Made by a program: the position numbers and the translations under genes | The notes under the pieces: generated by a model | Seen by the model: the letters and a program-made list of their open reading frames with translations, nothing else | What the model was told of the DNA's origin: nothing | Databases searched by the model: none | Source: Rotaria socialis | Lineage: Eukaryota | Length of the DNA: 64,000 nucleotides | Reading direction: 5' to 3' | NCBI GenBank assembly: GCA_905331295.1 | Contig: CAJNYD010000225.1 | Location: forward strand, 186,001 to 250,000 | Part shown: positions 28,101-41,266 of the stretch, piece after piece | How the letters are laid out: each line of letters begins with the position of its first letter | Numbering within the stretch: the first letter of the stretch is position 1

Positions 28101-31100
28101 CGTTTTTTTATTGTCATATTAAGATCATTGAATTCACTATAACGACGATAGGTTATCCATTCACGTCGTTCTTCATCATCAGTCGAATTTAATGGTTTAC
28201 AAAATACAGATATCACATAGATTGCATATTTGTCACCTTTTTCACAGCAAATACCTTAGAGAAAATGAAGAAGAAGAAGAAGAAGAAGAAATATATATTT
28301 AGATGAAGTTACTAGATGAATCAAAACTTACCGGAATCATTTATTTCAGTAGTAATTGAATAACTTTCAATATTATCAAGTACATCAAATATTACAGGAT
28401 TTCCACGATCCGAAGTTGTTCCAGAACTTGACTGTTGTTGTGATTCAGTGGAATCATTGTATGTCTCATTACTATTATTACTTGATAGAGATACAGCATC
28501 TTCATTTTTAAAAAGGAACAAAATGATTTTTTTTATTTAGAAAAAAAGAAAAACTAACCTGAATTATCATTCAGTGAATCGGTGAATTCAAACTCGCTTA
28601 ATACTTTTAGATACTGTGTTGTTGTTTTAAACTGACCATAATACTTATCAGATAAAAGAATCTCGAATACCTTCGAAAAATTAACAATTTATTAAATATA
28701 ATTTAGAAGAAAACTATCTGTGCCATACTTTTGCTTGAAGTTCATCAAGTAATGTCTCATCCATAGCGTCTGAATTTAAATTTTGTAATGCCTTTTTTAT
28801 TAAATTTTCATCCATAGGTAATTTAAATGCTCCCTAGAATAATTTAAAATCAATCAAATTTATGTTAATAATCGACAAGTGTGAGATTGATTTTTCTTTG
28901 AGCAATTTTCATGAGGTAAGTATAGTAAGCAAAACGGAAGAGAAGTCAGTTACAAATGAAAAATTTCTTCTGCGAATTTCACATTTCTAATCTATATTTT
29001 CAATTTATCTTACCACGATGTCACACAGCTCTCATACAATGATATATCTAAATATCTATAGTGAACATTTATAGTTAACTGAATATTAAAATAGCTTATT
29101 TTCAATAGTTTTGCAATCAAACTCAGAAATAATATGAGTAGAGCTCATGTATTTAAAATTCAAAAGTTCAAATTCTCACTTATGAAAGGTATTGAAATGT
29201 ATCGAAAAGTTTCGTTCTCATCAACAGCATAGAATCGTTCTATTCGTAGAAACATTTTCATTCCTTGCTTGAATCGGACATAGTTAGAGGTCGAATACAT
29301 AAAGTTGATTTCTTAATCTGCTAAGTAATGTTACACATCATATTAAAACTCTTAACTCGTAAGAAATTTTTTACAAAATCTCTTTCTGATGTTATCGATT
29401 TCATACCTTATTTCTTAATGCAAAAGTATTCGTTTCAGTGCATCGGTTTTTATTCACTAACTCTAGAATTCCCTATTCTAAATGATCAAATAAACGGTAA
29501 GCTACTATACAAATTCTAAGTATACCCTTCGATTCAACTTATTGTTCAAAGTAAATTTCTCTACAAAAAAAATTCATCTTGAATATATCAATGAAATTCT
29601 TATAACTGTACTAAACATTTAACACTTACTGTTGAAAGAAAATATTGTTCAATGAGATCTTTCGCCATATTTCGAAGTATTTCTTGATTTGTTTGTTGCT
29701 GTTCAACAGTCGCTCTAGCATGTTGCTGTGATGCTGATGCACCAGCACATCGAAATGCCTACATATTAAAATAGATATTCTTGGTCATCATTATGCATTA
29801 TTCGTACTTCAGCATTTAAATAAAAATTTGCATAACCAACAGCATCAAGTGATTGTAAAAATTCTATACAGAAGCTTCCATAATTTCATAATGCAATCAT
29901 TTACAATATCTTACTCAAAAAATAGTCTAAACCATTACAATTGTTTAAAATTTCTGCTAACGGTAATTCACGATAGGAAACTTTTGGTAAAATAATATCA
30001 TCATCATCCTAATAAAAATGAATTCTTTTTACCCATGAATAAAGTCTTTAAAAAAAAAACCAAACACTAACAGATACAATTGAATCTGATCGATTTTGTA
30101 AATCTAGTCGATCATGAAGTAGTTTTTTTAAATATTGATAACTATTCAATGTAGAACGAATGTCAGCGTCTACAAAATAAAATCATTAGTAAATTAAGAA
30201 AAAAAGCAACAACTAATATATGCATCAATAAAATGCCATTTACCATTTTCTCCTCCAGTGTCTTTTGAACGCCAACGACCAGTTTCGACATCAAGCCGTT
30301 CTAATAATGTTGCCAACTCAGCTTTGGAATCAGTTGTTCGAACAACAAGAAGAAAATTATCGATGGTTAATGGAATTTGTTGACACTAAAGTATTAGCGA
30401 TATATATTTAGACAAACAATTTGTAGGGCAATTCAAAATAAATGACTAAAGTATTTTGTTTTTGCACAATGAAAATTTTTCTTTTTTTCTTTATGTGATA
30501 TTGGTGAAAATAAGGCGCTATGTTTAGAGGTGTCAGCCGTGCGGCTGAGCCGCCGCAGCAGTCGAGTTTTCTATAATATCAGCCGCCGCCGCCACCAAAT
30601 TGCTGGTAACTTTAAGAATTTTTGGGGAGCCGCCGCTGCGAAAAAACAAGTTTAGCCGTTGCGCCGCTGCAAGAGATAAAAATTTTTGATAGCGTCATCC
30701 ACCGCCGCTGACATCAATACATATGCAATCGAATCGAACATTTTTCTTTTAATTTTCATCAGCGAATTTTTTACTCAGCCGCCACCGTCTCATAAGGACT
30801 TGCAAATATCAACCGGCGCCGCCGCTGTGGAAAACAATTTAAGAATTTGTAGCAGCCGCCCCTGAAGACATTACTCATTCAAATAATAAGCCGCTGGAAA
30901 TCTTTAAAAATTGAAAATTGTTGCCCACCGCTGCCCTTCACCCCTTCGGCTGACACCTCTAGCTATGTTATTTTTCACTGTTATAAAATTTTGATTAGGG
31001 TTATTTTTCTTATGTTTATTCATTCTCTGTGTCTCTCTAGCACGCACACCCAACAGGCAAGCAGCAGAAAGATCAACTTTGAAGTCTGATACTTTCTTAG

Positions 31101-33929
31101 CAAAGATTCCCATATAAACAATGAGAAAAGTCAAAAGTAAAAAAAAACATATCGAAACGATAGAATATAATTTTATCGTCACATATCATAACAAACATGT
31201 CTTATCAAATTTGTTTTATTATGTTATAAGTTTGAAGAATGATAAACTATCAAAAACCCATAGAAATGTGTCTCAACTAGTACTAGGTAAAAAATAAATG
31301 AGGGAACGTCGGATTCGCATCCGATTGTTACGTGTACTGCAAAAACTGAGTAGATTTATATATGTTTTGAATAATTCCGAGAAAAGAAAGTTTTTTTGAA
31401 AAATCCCTGTACCCCTCTCCTCCCCGCCGCTCAGGGATGGTCTGGTCAATGATGGCAATTTTTTCGATAACTCAGCCATTTCTTGACGGACACTTCACAT
31501 ATTCGAGCTCGACTGAGATATTGATGAGATCATTCTGTGTACAAGATTTCAAGACAATTGGATGAGGCTTTCTAGAGTTATCGTGTTAACGGCCGGACAC
31601 ACTGAGCGATTCTAGAATGTACTCACTTTTTGAGTACACAAAAAGAAAACTTTCTCAAGTTCCATAAACAGCAACGAAGTACCTCAGTGATTATGTTAGC
31701 ACTATCTCGAGTATTTCTATTTTTTCTTACCATATTGATAATCAATTGATTGATTGCATCTGGATCTGAATACATATCAATAAAAGGTATTAGACCTAAA
31801 TTAACTGCAACTTCCTTTAAAAAGAAATGAAAATAAAAGATGATTGCTATTAAATTGAATTTGACATACTCGAATAAGAACCCGAGCTGGTACACAACGG
31901 AATTCATTAGCAGGCAAAAGAATATAGATGAGAACTTCAACAATATCTCGAAGAAATTCTATTTAATATATATATATATATTTTTTTTTAATGGATGATT
32001 TTTAATTAATTAAACGACATAATAATACCTTTTTCTTTATCTTTATCCATACAAACTTCATCTCGACAAATGCCTCTTTCATATTCAGCTTCTAAATCGA
32101 AAAAACATGAACGAATATCTGTTGATTGTTCTAGACGTAAACGTTCTTTTGCATTTCGATATAATCGAACGTGTGTTGCAAAACTATCAACAATGGTTCC
32201 AGTACAAAAATCCAACCAATCAATTTCACGTAATCTGATCAGAAAATATTCAATAAGAAATTAATAAAAAATAAACATGTGTCCTTGGTAACCTTTCCGA
32301 TAAATGACGAATAGTTGTATAGATTCCACTTTTTACATCATCAATAAATGATTCATCAGAACTTATTTGAGTTTTATACCATATTTCAATATAATCACGA
32401 ACAAATAAATCAACTAACTAATGAAAGAAAATTTGTTCAATCATTAATATTTTTCTTATAAAATGTTTTACTTCATAAAGTGGTTCATCAATATCTGATA
32501 TTCCTGTTAGTGGTGCACGTTCAGTCGATGATTTTGACTTTTTCAAACTTGATGATGAATCATTTTGTAAATCAGAAATCTAAAATATGTTTTATTACGT
32601 TGTAGTTAAGATTATGATAAATTGTTTTCAATTTATTAGCGGAATTGTTATTTCATTTTGAATGATATACGATATCGTATTTGATAGAAAATTCTATATG
32701 TTATTTAAAATAAATTTGACTTTTTGTAAATATAGAAAAATCGACATCTAACCAAAACAAATATTTATTCTATTTCTAGTACATTGACTTTCATTTGTTT
32801 TAATCAAAGATTTTCTACATGAATCTTAGGGCAAGTTTATTAAATCAGTAGCTTTTATTTTAAAAGTCCGCTGAAGTTATTTCCAATTAGGATGAAATTA
32901 ACATTTAAACATAAGGCAGTCTGAGAAAAACAAATAAACAGATGCGTATCAAAATTAATCAAATGTGAATGATAGAGAAAACATTTTTTCTAATTATTTC
33001 TATGGTAAAAATTTAGCACAGCATATTATCGAACAGTGTTTTTTTTGAAGTTGTGCATCATGTAACATTCTTAGGAATGCATGTAATCGAATTACATGCA
33101 CTATGCTTTCAAGGAAAGCATTTCTCAAATCAAAACAAGTGATACTTTCCTGCTGGATGAATCAACAGAAGCGTACTTGAAAATTGTCTAATGTTTTAGA
33201 CGAATAAATTCTGAAATAGGATTCGCTAGGTCAGGACCAGAGAATGTGTAACAAAATAAAGATAAAAAGATTTAAGATTTGTCGGTACAAAAATTTCTAC
33301 TGAAAAACATGTCAACTGGAATTCATTAAATCTAAACCAATATGTTTTTATATATAATTTGTATGAATTCAGCAAAATAAACATTTCTTTTGAAAAAAGA
33401 TAACTGATATACCTTTAGCTTATCATTAACTATGTATTCAAAGAATTGAAATCATTTTGTAGCATATTTATTAGGTTAAGATAAAACAAAAGGGTTCATA
33501 TTTACACTTAATCTCAGTTTTAATTACTTTTTATGATAATGTCAAGTATTGCCTTCCGAACTCTTTCTTAATGAGAAGTTCTTTTCTCGAATTCCTTGAT
33601 CACATTGAACAATATAAATAGATTCTATCGTTAGAACTATACAAATAGAAAGAGATTTCTTACACGAATAAATAATTTTGATTGAATGAAAGCTGTTTTG
33701 ATTTTGTCATAAATTGGATTTGACTTGATCCATATTTTTTTGTTAACAATCAGATGGATAATAAAACTAAATTAAAACTATTTGTTTTCATCTTCAAAAA
33801 CAAAACCTAACAAACGACAAACCCAAAAATGAATGTAGAAACAAAAAGGAACCAATAAATAGTTCTTTCAATTCCAATAATAGCCAAAATAAAACATAGA
33901 CCAGCGATAATATAGTGTTTAGAAATCAT
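25189..33929 (-). CDS. SNX13: Sorting nexin 13-like (N-terminal TM helices, PXA, RGS, PX and Nexin_C domains)
   Basis: Hydrophobic exon 1; PXA (FVRDYIEIWY, FATHVRLYR); RGS-like exons at 29.6-30 kb; PX (WITYRRYSEFNDL...RLKRQKELNDYL); ARK|MDTIANP junction; NIPLRVLLVIMDEVFDLK; TRRGLLRLFELLQNDTLNRRFVY. Confidence 0.9.
30525..30961. mobile_element. hAT-type MITE in an SNX13 intron
   Basis: Perfect 15-bp TIR TAGAGGTGTCAGCCG; perfect 8-bp TSD GCTATGTT; interior with many (A)GCCGCC/GCCGCTG motifs. Confidence 0.93.
31290..31644 (+). mobile_element. Helentron/DINE-1-like non-autonomous element (copy 1), intronic
   Basis: Subterminal IR (5' GTGTACTGCAAAAACTGAGTA vs 3' TACTCACTTTTTGAGTACAC), 3' hairpin, A-run ends and no clear TSD. 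Homologous to 61822-62338. Confidence 0.6.
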
Positions 33930-34233
33930 CGAAGGCCATTCAAAACATAGATCAAAACTAAATACCTTCTAAAATAACGCTTTCTCTCGTAAAAAAAAAC
34001 AAAAAGAAACAATCAATATTTCAATTGGTTATAAAGCATACCATACTAAGATTATAGATCGAGCTACATCCCTTCTGTTCGCTACTTCATAGGTGGCTCT
34101 AGGAAGCATTTCAAAAGAATGAATGAATGAATGAAAAAAAACAACAACCCACACATCATTTCTCATCATTTGTTACATATGTGCTAGAGTTGGTTCATTG
34201 AGATCATAGATTATTTTTCTTTACAAAATTCGA
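33930..34233. promoter_or_regulatory. Probable bidirectional promoter between SNX13 and TBC1D20
   Basis: Divergent start codons only ~300 bp apart. Confidence 0.55.
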
Positions 34234-36690
34234 ATGCAAACATTTAATGAATTGCATGAATCAAATACTAATTCGGATTCGGAAAATGATTCAGCATTAA
34301 TGCAAGATGCTCATTCTGAAGTGATTTCATCATCGATAACAACAAATGGTTCTTCATCGTTAAGTGATGATGAAAGTTTTTTAATTATTTCCAAGACAAA
34401 ACCTCAAAGAATTGAAAAATTTTTAAATAGAAGAAATAAACGAAAATTAATAAAATGTGCTAAAATAACTGGATTAATTAATGAATTATATCGAAAACAA
34501 ATATGGCCTTTAATACTTAACTCACCATCTTATTGTACAGTTGAATATGATAATAATAAAAAATTATATTTTTGCCCAATTGATTATTATTCAGCAGGTA
34601 TTGTTCTTCCTTTCTGATTTTTCAATGGCAAGAATTTGATAATTTATTAGATAAAGAGCAAATCGAATCACATCGATACTATGGACAAGTTAGAATGGAT
34701 GTTGAAAGAACATTGAAACGATTTCCACCAAGTATGAATTTTTCGAATTAGAACAAAAACATTTGAATGATTTCTTTTATTTGTTTATTAAAGATTATTC
34801 GGATTCAGGTAGAATTGAACTACAAGAGAAACTTATTGTTGTTGTTATAAAAATGTTAATCAAACATGATTATCTTAATTATTATCAAGTAAAAATTGTT
34901 GAATAGAACGAAAATTTTCATTATATATTTCTTTTTCATAGGGTTATCATGATATTTGTTTGACATTTTTACTTGTACTCGGTGCCGATCTTTGTCTTCC
35001 ATTTATTGATACCGTAACGAAATCCCATTTCAAGTAAGTAATTTAACAGAATTATGTTTTCGAATATTCAGTTGCTAGTAAATAAAATAGAGATAGTCAT
35101 TTCGTATTGAATTTACTTACGTCATCAAAATATCTTTTACTAAATAAGGAGACCTTCATTTTTATTAGTGGAAACCGCTTACAGTAGAAAATTCTCACGC
35201 TGAACAATTACAATGAGAACATTTCATAACTGTAGAAGTAAATATGTAGTTTCTTACAGCTCAATACGGTAGAGAGTTATACTAACAAATTCTATGAATT
35301 AATTATTATTTATACCATAAAAACAAATAGTTTTCAGAAGTAGAAATATACTATATGATGAGTCATGCAAAAACAAACTATAATGAATAGGAAGTAGATG
35401 AGTAATCTTAATTTTTCGTAGTCTTTTTATTAGAATTAAAAACTGTAGAAAAAAAAGTTCAATTATAGGAAAATTTTCAGTTTTTTATTTGGGTGTATTT
35501 TCATAATACGCTTACTGTGAGATCGTATCAAAGCTCAATAATTGAATTCAACTGTTAGCTTTGAAATATATGAATTTCAACAACAAAACATTTACTTCAC
35601 TTCTAGGAGCAGATTTGAAAATCAATAAGTATAATATTTGTGTGTGATTTTAAAAATATAATGTTAGTATCTATTTTATATAATTGTAGTAACAGAATTT
35701 CTATAATTAGATATTTAACTAAGAATAATAATTTATTACTTATATATATATAGAGATTTTATGGAACCAACAATGGAAAAAACACGAGATTTACTATCAT
35801 ATTTAATGCCACTTATTAATTGCACCAATAGTAAATGTGCTGAATACATGCAACGGTAAACTAAACCATGTTTTTTTCATGAAAAGTTAAATTTTCTATT
35901 GAAATAAACTGATTCATCATTTGTATTCGTATTTACTAATGTATTTCATGTAATTTTAGAGGTGGCGTTGGAAATGTAATGTTTGCATTATCATGGTTTA
36001 TAACATGGTATTCACATGTATTAAATGATCTTGACGTAATTCTTCGACTTTATGACCTATTTATTGTTTCCCATTTTCTTATGCCGATATATGTAGCTGC
36101 TGAAGTAAATTTTAAATCCCTTTTAATGTTTAAAGAGATAAAAATGGTTTTTATCTACTTTTTTTAAAATTAGATTGTCAATTATCATGCTGATCAAGTT
36201 TTATCGATCGACTGTGATATGCCTTCATTACATCAATATTTAACACGATTACCCAGTGAATTAGATAGTAATACATGGGAAGAAATTATAAACAGATCAT
36301 CCCATCTATTTCGAAATCATCATCCCGATACACTTGATGTATTAAATGATGAATGGATTAAAAAATGGTAAAATATTGAATTGAGAAAACTTTATTTTTC
36401 TTAAATAAAACTGTCTTGTTTCTAGTGAGTCCATTGATCACTCACCGATGGAAGTATCTCTCCGAAGAAGATATGGTAAAGATTCATTCGAAAATGACAA
36501 TGATGGTGAAAAATCTGCGTATACCAATGATCGAAATGAACATCAAGGTGCATTACCACGTATTGTTTTGTGGGGTGTGACACTAACAATTAGTGGTTTA
36601 GCTATTTATATATGGAATCATACACAACGAACAGATCCGACTACATTTATTAGTCTCGGAGATTTTCTTGCACAATTATATGGAAAATAA
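34234..36690 (+). CDS. TBC1D20: TBC1 domain family member 20-like Rab GAP with C-terminal TM anchor
   Basis: YRKQIWPLIL, QVRMDVERTLKRFPP (Arg finger), YYQGYHDI (Gln finger), FALSWFITWYSH and RLYDLFI motifs; hydrophobic tail IVLWGVTLTISGLAIYIW. Confidence 0.92.
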
Positions 36691-37074
36691 TTCGATTTGT
36701 CTTACTTTATTTTAACTTCTATTTTCATTCCTTGACTCTAGTCGCTATATTATAATACGTGAAGATTTTTTTCTTGCTTTGTTTGTGTATATAGCTTTCC
36801 TAAGAAGAAGAAAAACAAGAACAACATTAAATCAATATATATTATTTTGTTTATAATGAATAACTATTTTCTTTTGTCGCTCTCTTATATTTTATATGCA
36901 TTTAATGGCGAATATTTTTTGTTCTACCTTTATTTTGTTTGTTGCTGTTGTTGTTGGGTTTTGCGCATTGAACCAAGAAAAATAATCGATTCACATTAAT
37001 CTATATTTGAAAGAATACGAAAATTATTACTTTCTAGATGAATCTCGTTTGATCTGATTTTATTCTTGGAAATA

Positions 37075-40000
37075 ATGAATACAGTTGAGGCGCCGATCGA
37101 CATAGCTACTGAAGAACAGTCAATCGAAGTGAAAACCGATAATTCAGCAGAGAATGAATCGACAAATGATACTTCAAATTTAGATAAGACTGGTAAGATT
37201 TTATTTATTTCAAATATATTTTATCCTATTATTTTCAGAGATTTCTATGCATATTTTTTATAATATAAAACGAGTCAATTTGCGATCGTTTTATTTTATA
37301 TTTACATTGCTTTTTGTATATTATTAACGTTCCAATAAGATTTCATCTATAAACATTAGAATATTATATAAGATTGTATCAATAATAACCAACCATTTGA
37401 TATATATATATATATATATATTTCAATTGAGTGCGAAAAAGACGAAATAACTTGTAAAATTAAGTTTTCACTATAGAACAAAAACCTGAAATACTTGAAC
37501 AGATTCTCTTTCTAAACTATGAACAATGTTAAGATGGTACCTAACAATATTTTATTTGAATTGTTGCCAACATGATTTTTCCTAGAGCATTCTGTATAAA
37601 TAAATTCGTCAGAAAAAAGATTTCATCACGTTAAATCAATAACATTAAATTGACTCTGTCACGACCGATATTATAATGTAATCTATAATAATCATTTTAT
37701 TTGCGATCAATTTTACCCTCATTTTTGAAACCGAAAAACAACGTAATTAACAAAGGAGTTCGATATGAAAATTTAAATTTTATTTATACCAGTTCACTTG
37801 AATTTATTGAATGCTTAAATCAATCTATTCTTTAGAACCCGTTCCAATTGATGTTCCTGAAAATCCTGAAAAAATAGAAATAGCTCGTCTTTCATCTATA
37901 ATTACTAATCAAACAAATGAAATATCTGATTTGAACGCACGTCTAGCTGCATGTCAGCAGCATTATGAAACACTATTAAATCGTCAAAAAGAAGAAAACT
38001 CACGTGAAAAACAATCAACTGTTATGCGTTATGCTCAAGCAGAAAAAGCAAAGCTAGACTCGGATAAGCGATGTGAAGCGTTGGCCACAAAAAATAATGA
38101 CTTATTAAAAGAAAAAGACAATTTACAAGTAAAGTTATCAGAATTTAAATTAATGAATACTAAATTACAAAATGCCTATGAACATAAATTGAGTGAATTA
38201 GTAGCATTAAAAAAAGAACTAGAAAAAACAAAAGAAATAAATCAATCCATTGATGCTTCATTGAAATCAACATTGAATCATTTAAAAGGAGAATCATCGC
38301 ATTTGAAAGAACAACGAGAATCAAATGAAAGATTAAAAAGAGATTTGAATGAACAACATGAACTCAATGAACAATTAAAGTTACAATACAAACAACTTAC
38401 AGAAGGTAACTAAAGAAAAAAATTAATATTCCTGATAGTTGTGCTATAGCAATGCTCTCGTACTTGTTTTCTTTTCTTTTGGTTAAGAGATGAATGTCAA
38501 TTCAGGTATACTTCATCTATGTAATATAAATAGTCTATTCAACTAAAGATATGGACAACATTTTCAAGAATTTATCTTTGATCGAAAGAAAATTTTCGTT
38601 TTCGCTGCAGGCTCTGTGAACCATCAATGTTATAATTTTACTATTGAGAGCTATGTCAATAGGAATGAAAAATGTACTCTGAGGTGAGCACTAACTATTT
38701 AAATTAAGAAGTCAAGTATTTGTTACAAGTCAAAACGGAACCGTCAAGGGTAATGGAATTAGTTGACTTGGTTATTTACCTCTCGCATCTGCATACTACA
38801 CTTGAGAACTATTTTCTATTGGAACCTTCATGCTCACTCTCAAATATTGAGTTACATGCAGTTTCATAAATAAATGTATTAGTCCTAAAAGAACATTTTA
38901 TTGACGAAATAGTACCTCCGTGGTGTATAATAACATGAGTACAATTATGATTTATGGTAGACTTCATAATATCAAAGGCTGTGGTTTAGTATACATAAAA
39001 AAATGATTCATTTTGTTTTAGCTGCTCGAGCTATACCAACTGATGATGAACAAGCACAAGCACTTGACACATTACGTAATGAACACAATGCTCTTAAAGG
39101 AAAACTAACAAACATTCAAGATGAAAATAAATTACTTCGTGAAAAGCTTAAATCATCCGATGAAGATCGTTTAGCATTAGAAAATGTAATTGAAAATTTT
39201 CGTCAAACTACAATGCGTGAAAAAGAAACAACAAAAAAATTGTATGACGATTTATTAGCTGCACGTGAACAAGATTCTGTTGAAATATCACGATTAAAAC
39301 AAATTGAATCACTTTCTAATCAAACATTGGCTGATAATGCAGATCTGAGACAATTACTAGAAAAAGAACACCAATTACTTGAATTAACACAAAAATTAAC
39401 CGAAAAAAATTCAATTTTACAAAGTGACTATGAACAACTTCAATTATTACATAAAGGAACATCTACAGATTTTGAATGTATTCAAAAAATTAATGAAGAA
39501 CAAAAAAGTCAAATAGCTAAGCTAGAAAATATTGAAAAATCCTTAAGAGATCAACTAAAAGAATTAGATGAAAAATATCAAACAGTAAACAAATTATATG
39601 AACAGAGTGCTAAACAATATGATGATAGTCTTAGTGAAATTCAAACATTAAAAAAGAAACATCAAGCTAATACAAAAGATTTAATTAAACAATTACAACA
39701 ATTACAAAAGCCGAAGTTCACCAATAATAGTAATGAACATGGTCCCATGCTACTCACCAGGCAAGTATTGTTGTTTATTTTGAAATTCTAATCCAAGTCT
39801 AATATATCTATACACGAAGTGGTAGAATATCTTTCGAAAAACAAAATTTCTATTTCACGTTGAAATAGATTAGTTTCAATAGTCAGGTGTTAAGTTTCAA
39901 TGCAACTATAATATGATAAAAAGCAAAAAAATAACAGTAGCTAATACAACAGAACGAAACCACGAAAACAAATACAAGTTCATTCAATAGATTTCTAAGC

Positions 40001-40863
40001 AATTTTTATGATTAAGCTCTCGATAAAGAAAATTGTTTTTGACAGAAATATAAATCAACTCTGAAGGTAGACGACGTAATTCGAAAGCTTTCAATACAGT
40101 ACAGTGTTTCACTCGTGTTCTTTCTATTTGCTGCTGTGATTGTAAATAACAATACTTACTCTTATTTTTCTAATTTAGTCCAACAAAACCTATTGCAAAT
40201 AAAGAGAATTCCAATGATAATTCTTCAAGTCATGGATCTCCAACAGGTTCATTCAGTTCATTGAATGAAATAACTTCGTTGGCTGTACCAGGATCTGATC
40301 ACATTCCGCGTCATACACCAGCTCATCAACAACAGCAACAGCAACAGCAACAGCAACAACTTTTACTCGATGAAGAACAAGAAGTTATCGTTAATATTGT
40401 TGATATTGATCGTCAAAAACTAATCGATAAATTATTGAAACAACAAAAATTGCTTGTGAGGCGTAATGAAAAAATTGAATTCTTAAATGATCATATACAA
40501 TTATTAACGCAAGATTTACAAAATAAACGTAAAATAATTCAAACATACGCAATGAATGAAGATAGTTTTATGTACACGTCAACTGAATCCGATTCAATTA
40601 AACAACAATTAGCAAATAAAAATCGAAATAATTCTTCCTCATTAATGGCAACATTATATAATCGTGCGACAACAACTGTTAATCATACAACAAATAAACT
40701 TTTTGAACAGTCGTCACCAATGACACTTGAAACAGCATTAGATGTAATGGGAAAATTACAATCAGTTTTAGAAGATACACTTTTAAAAAATATAACATTA
40801 AAAGAAAATGTTGACACATTAAGTAAAGAAATAGAAAGATTGTCGAAACGAACAATAAAATAG
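37075..40863 (+). CDS. CCDC186: Coiled-coil domain protein 186 (CCCP-1-like golgin)
   Basis: Four exons of long coiled-coil including EKQSTVMRYAQAE, LKKKHQANTKDLIKQLQ and RNEKIEFLNDHI. The C-terminus KLQSVLEDTLLKNITLKENVDTLSKEIERL is characteristic of CCDC186. Confidence 0.88.
40327..40359 (+). repeat. CAA/CAG poly-glutamine tract (Q11) in CCDC186
   Basis: Direct reading of the CAA/CAG run. Confidence 0.9.
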
Positions 40864-41044
40864 ATCGGTGTTTGTTTTTAATATTTGTGGATACTGTCAG
40901 ATTTTAATATATTTTTTTTGTTTTTGTCGTGCAACAGTGGAATTATTAGTTGTATTAATGTGAAAAATCACAAATATATTTATTCTTTATTGCTTCTTAA
41001 CAAAGAAAACGTTGATTTGTTGGTTTTGTTTTTCAGATAAAAAG

Positions 41045-41266
41045 ATGCCTATCGTTAAATCAGCATCAACCATGAGTGAATCAACAACAAATGAAGCACG
41101 TGAAGCTCTTGATTGTCTTCATGAGTTATCTCAATTACTCAATACGGGTCTAGATAAGAAAACGTTAACTGCATGTGTTAGATTGCTTGAAGCTGGTGTT
41201 CATCCTGATGCACTTGCACAAATTGTTCAAGTTCTTAGATCAGAAACAAGAACAACAAAACTTTGA
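41045..41266 (+). CDS. MZT1: Mitotic spindle organizing protein 1 (MOZART1)
   Basis: AREALDCLHELSQLLNTGLDKKTLTACVRLLEAGVHPDALAQIVQVLR matches the MOZART1 family signature. Confidence 0.92.
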   Translation: MPIVKSASTMSESTTNEAREALDCLHELSQLLNTGLDKKTLTACVRLLEAGVHPDALAQIVQVLRSETRTTKL

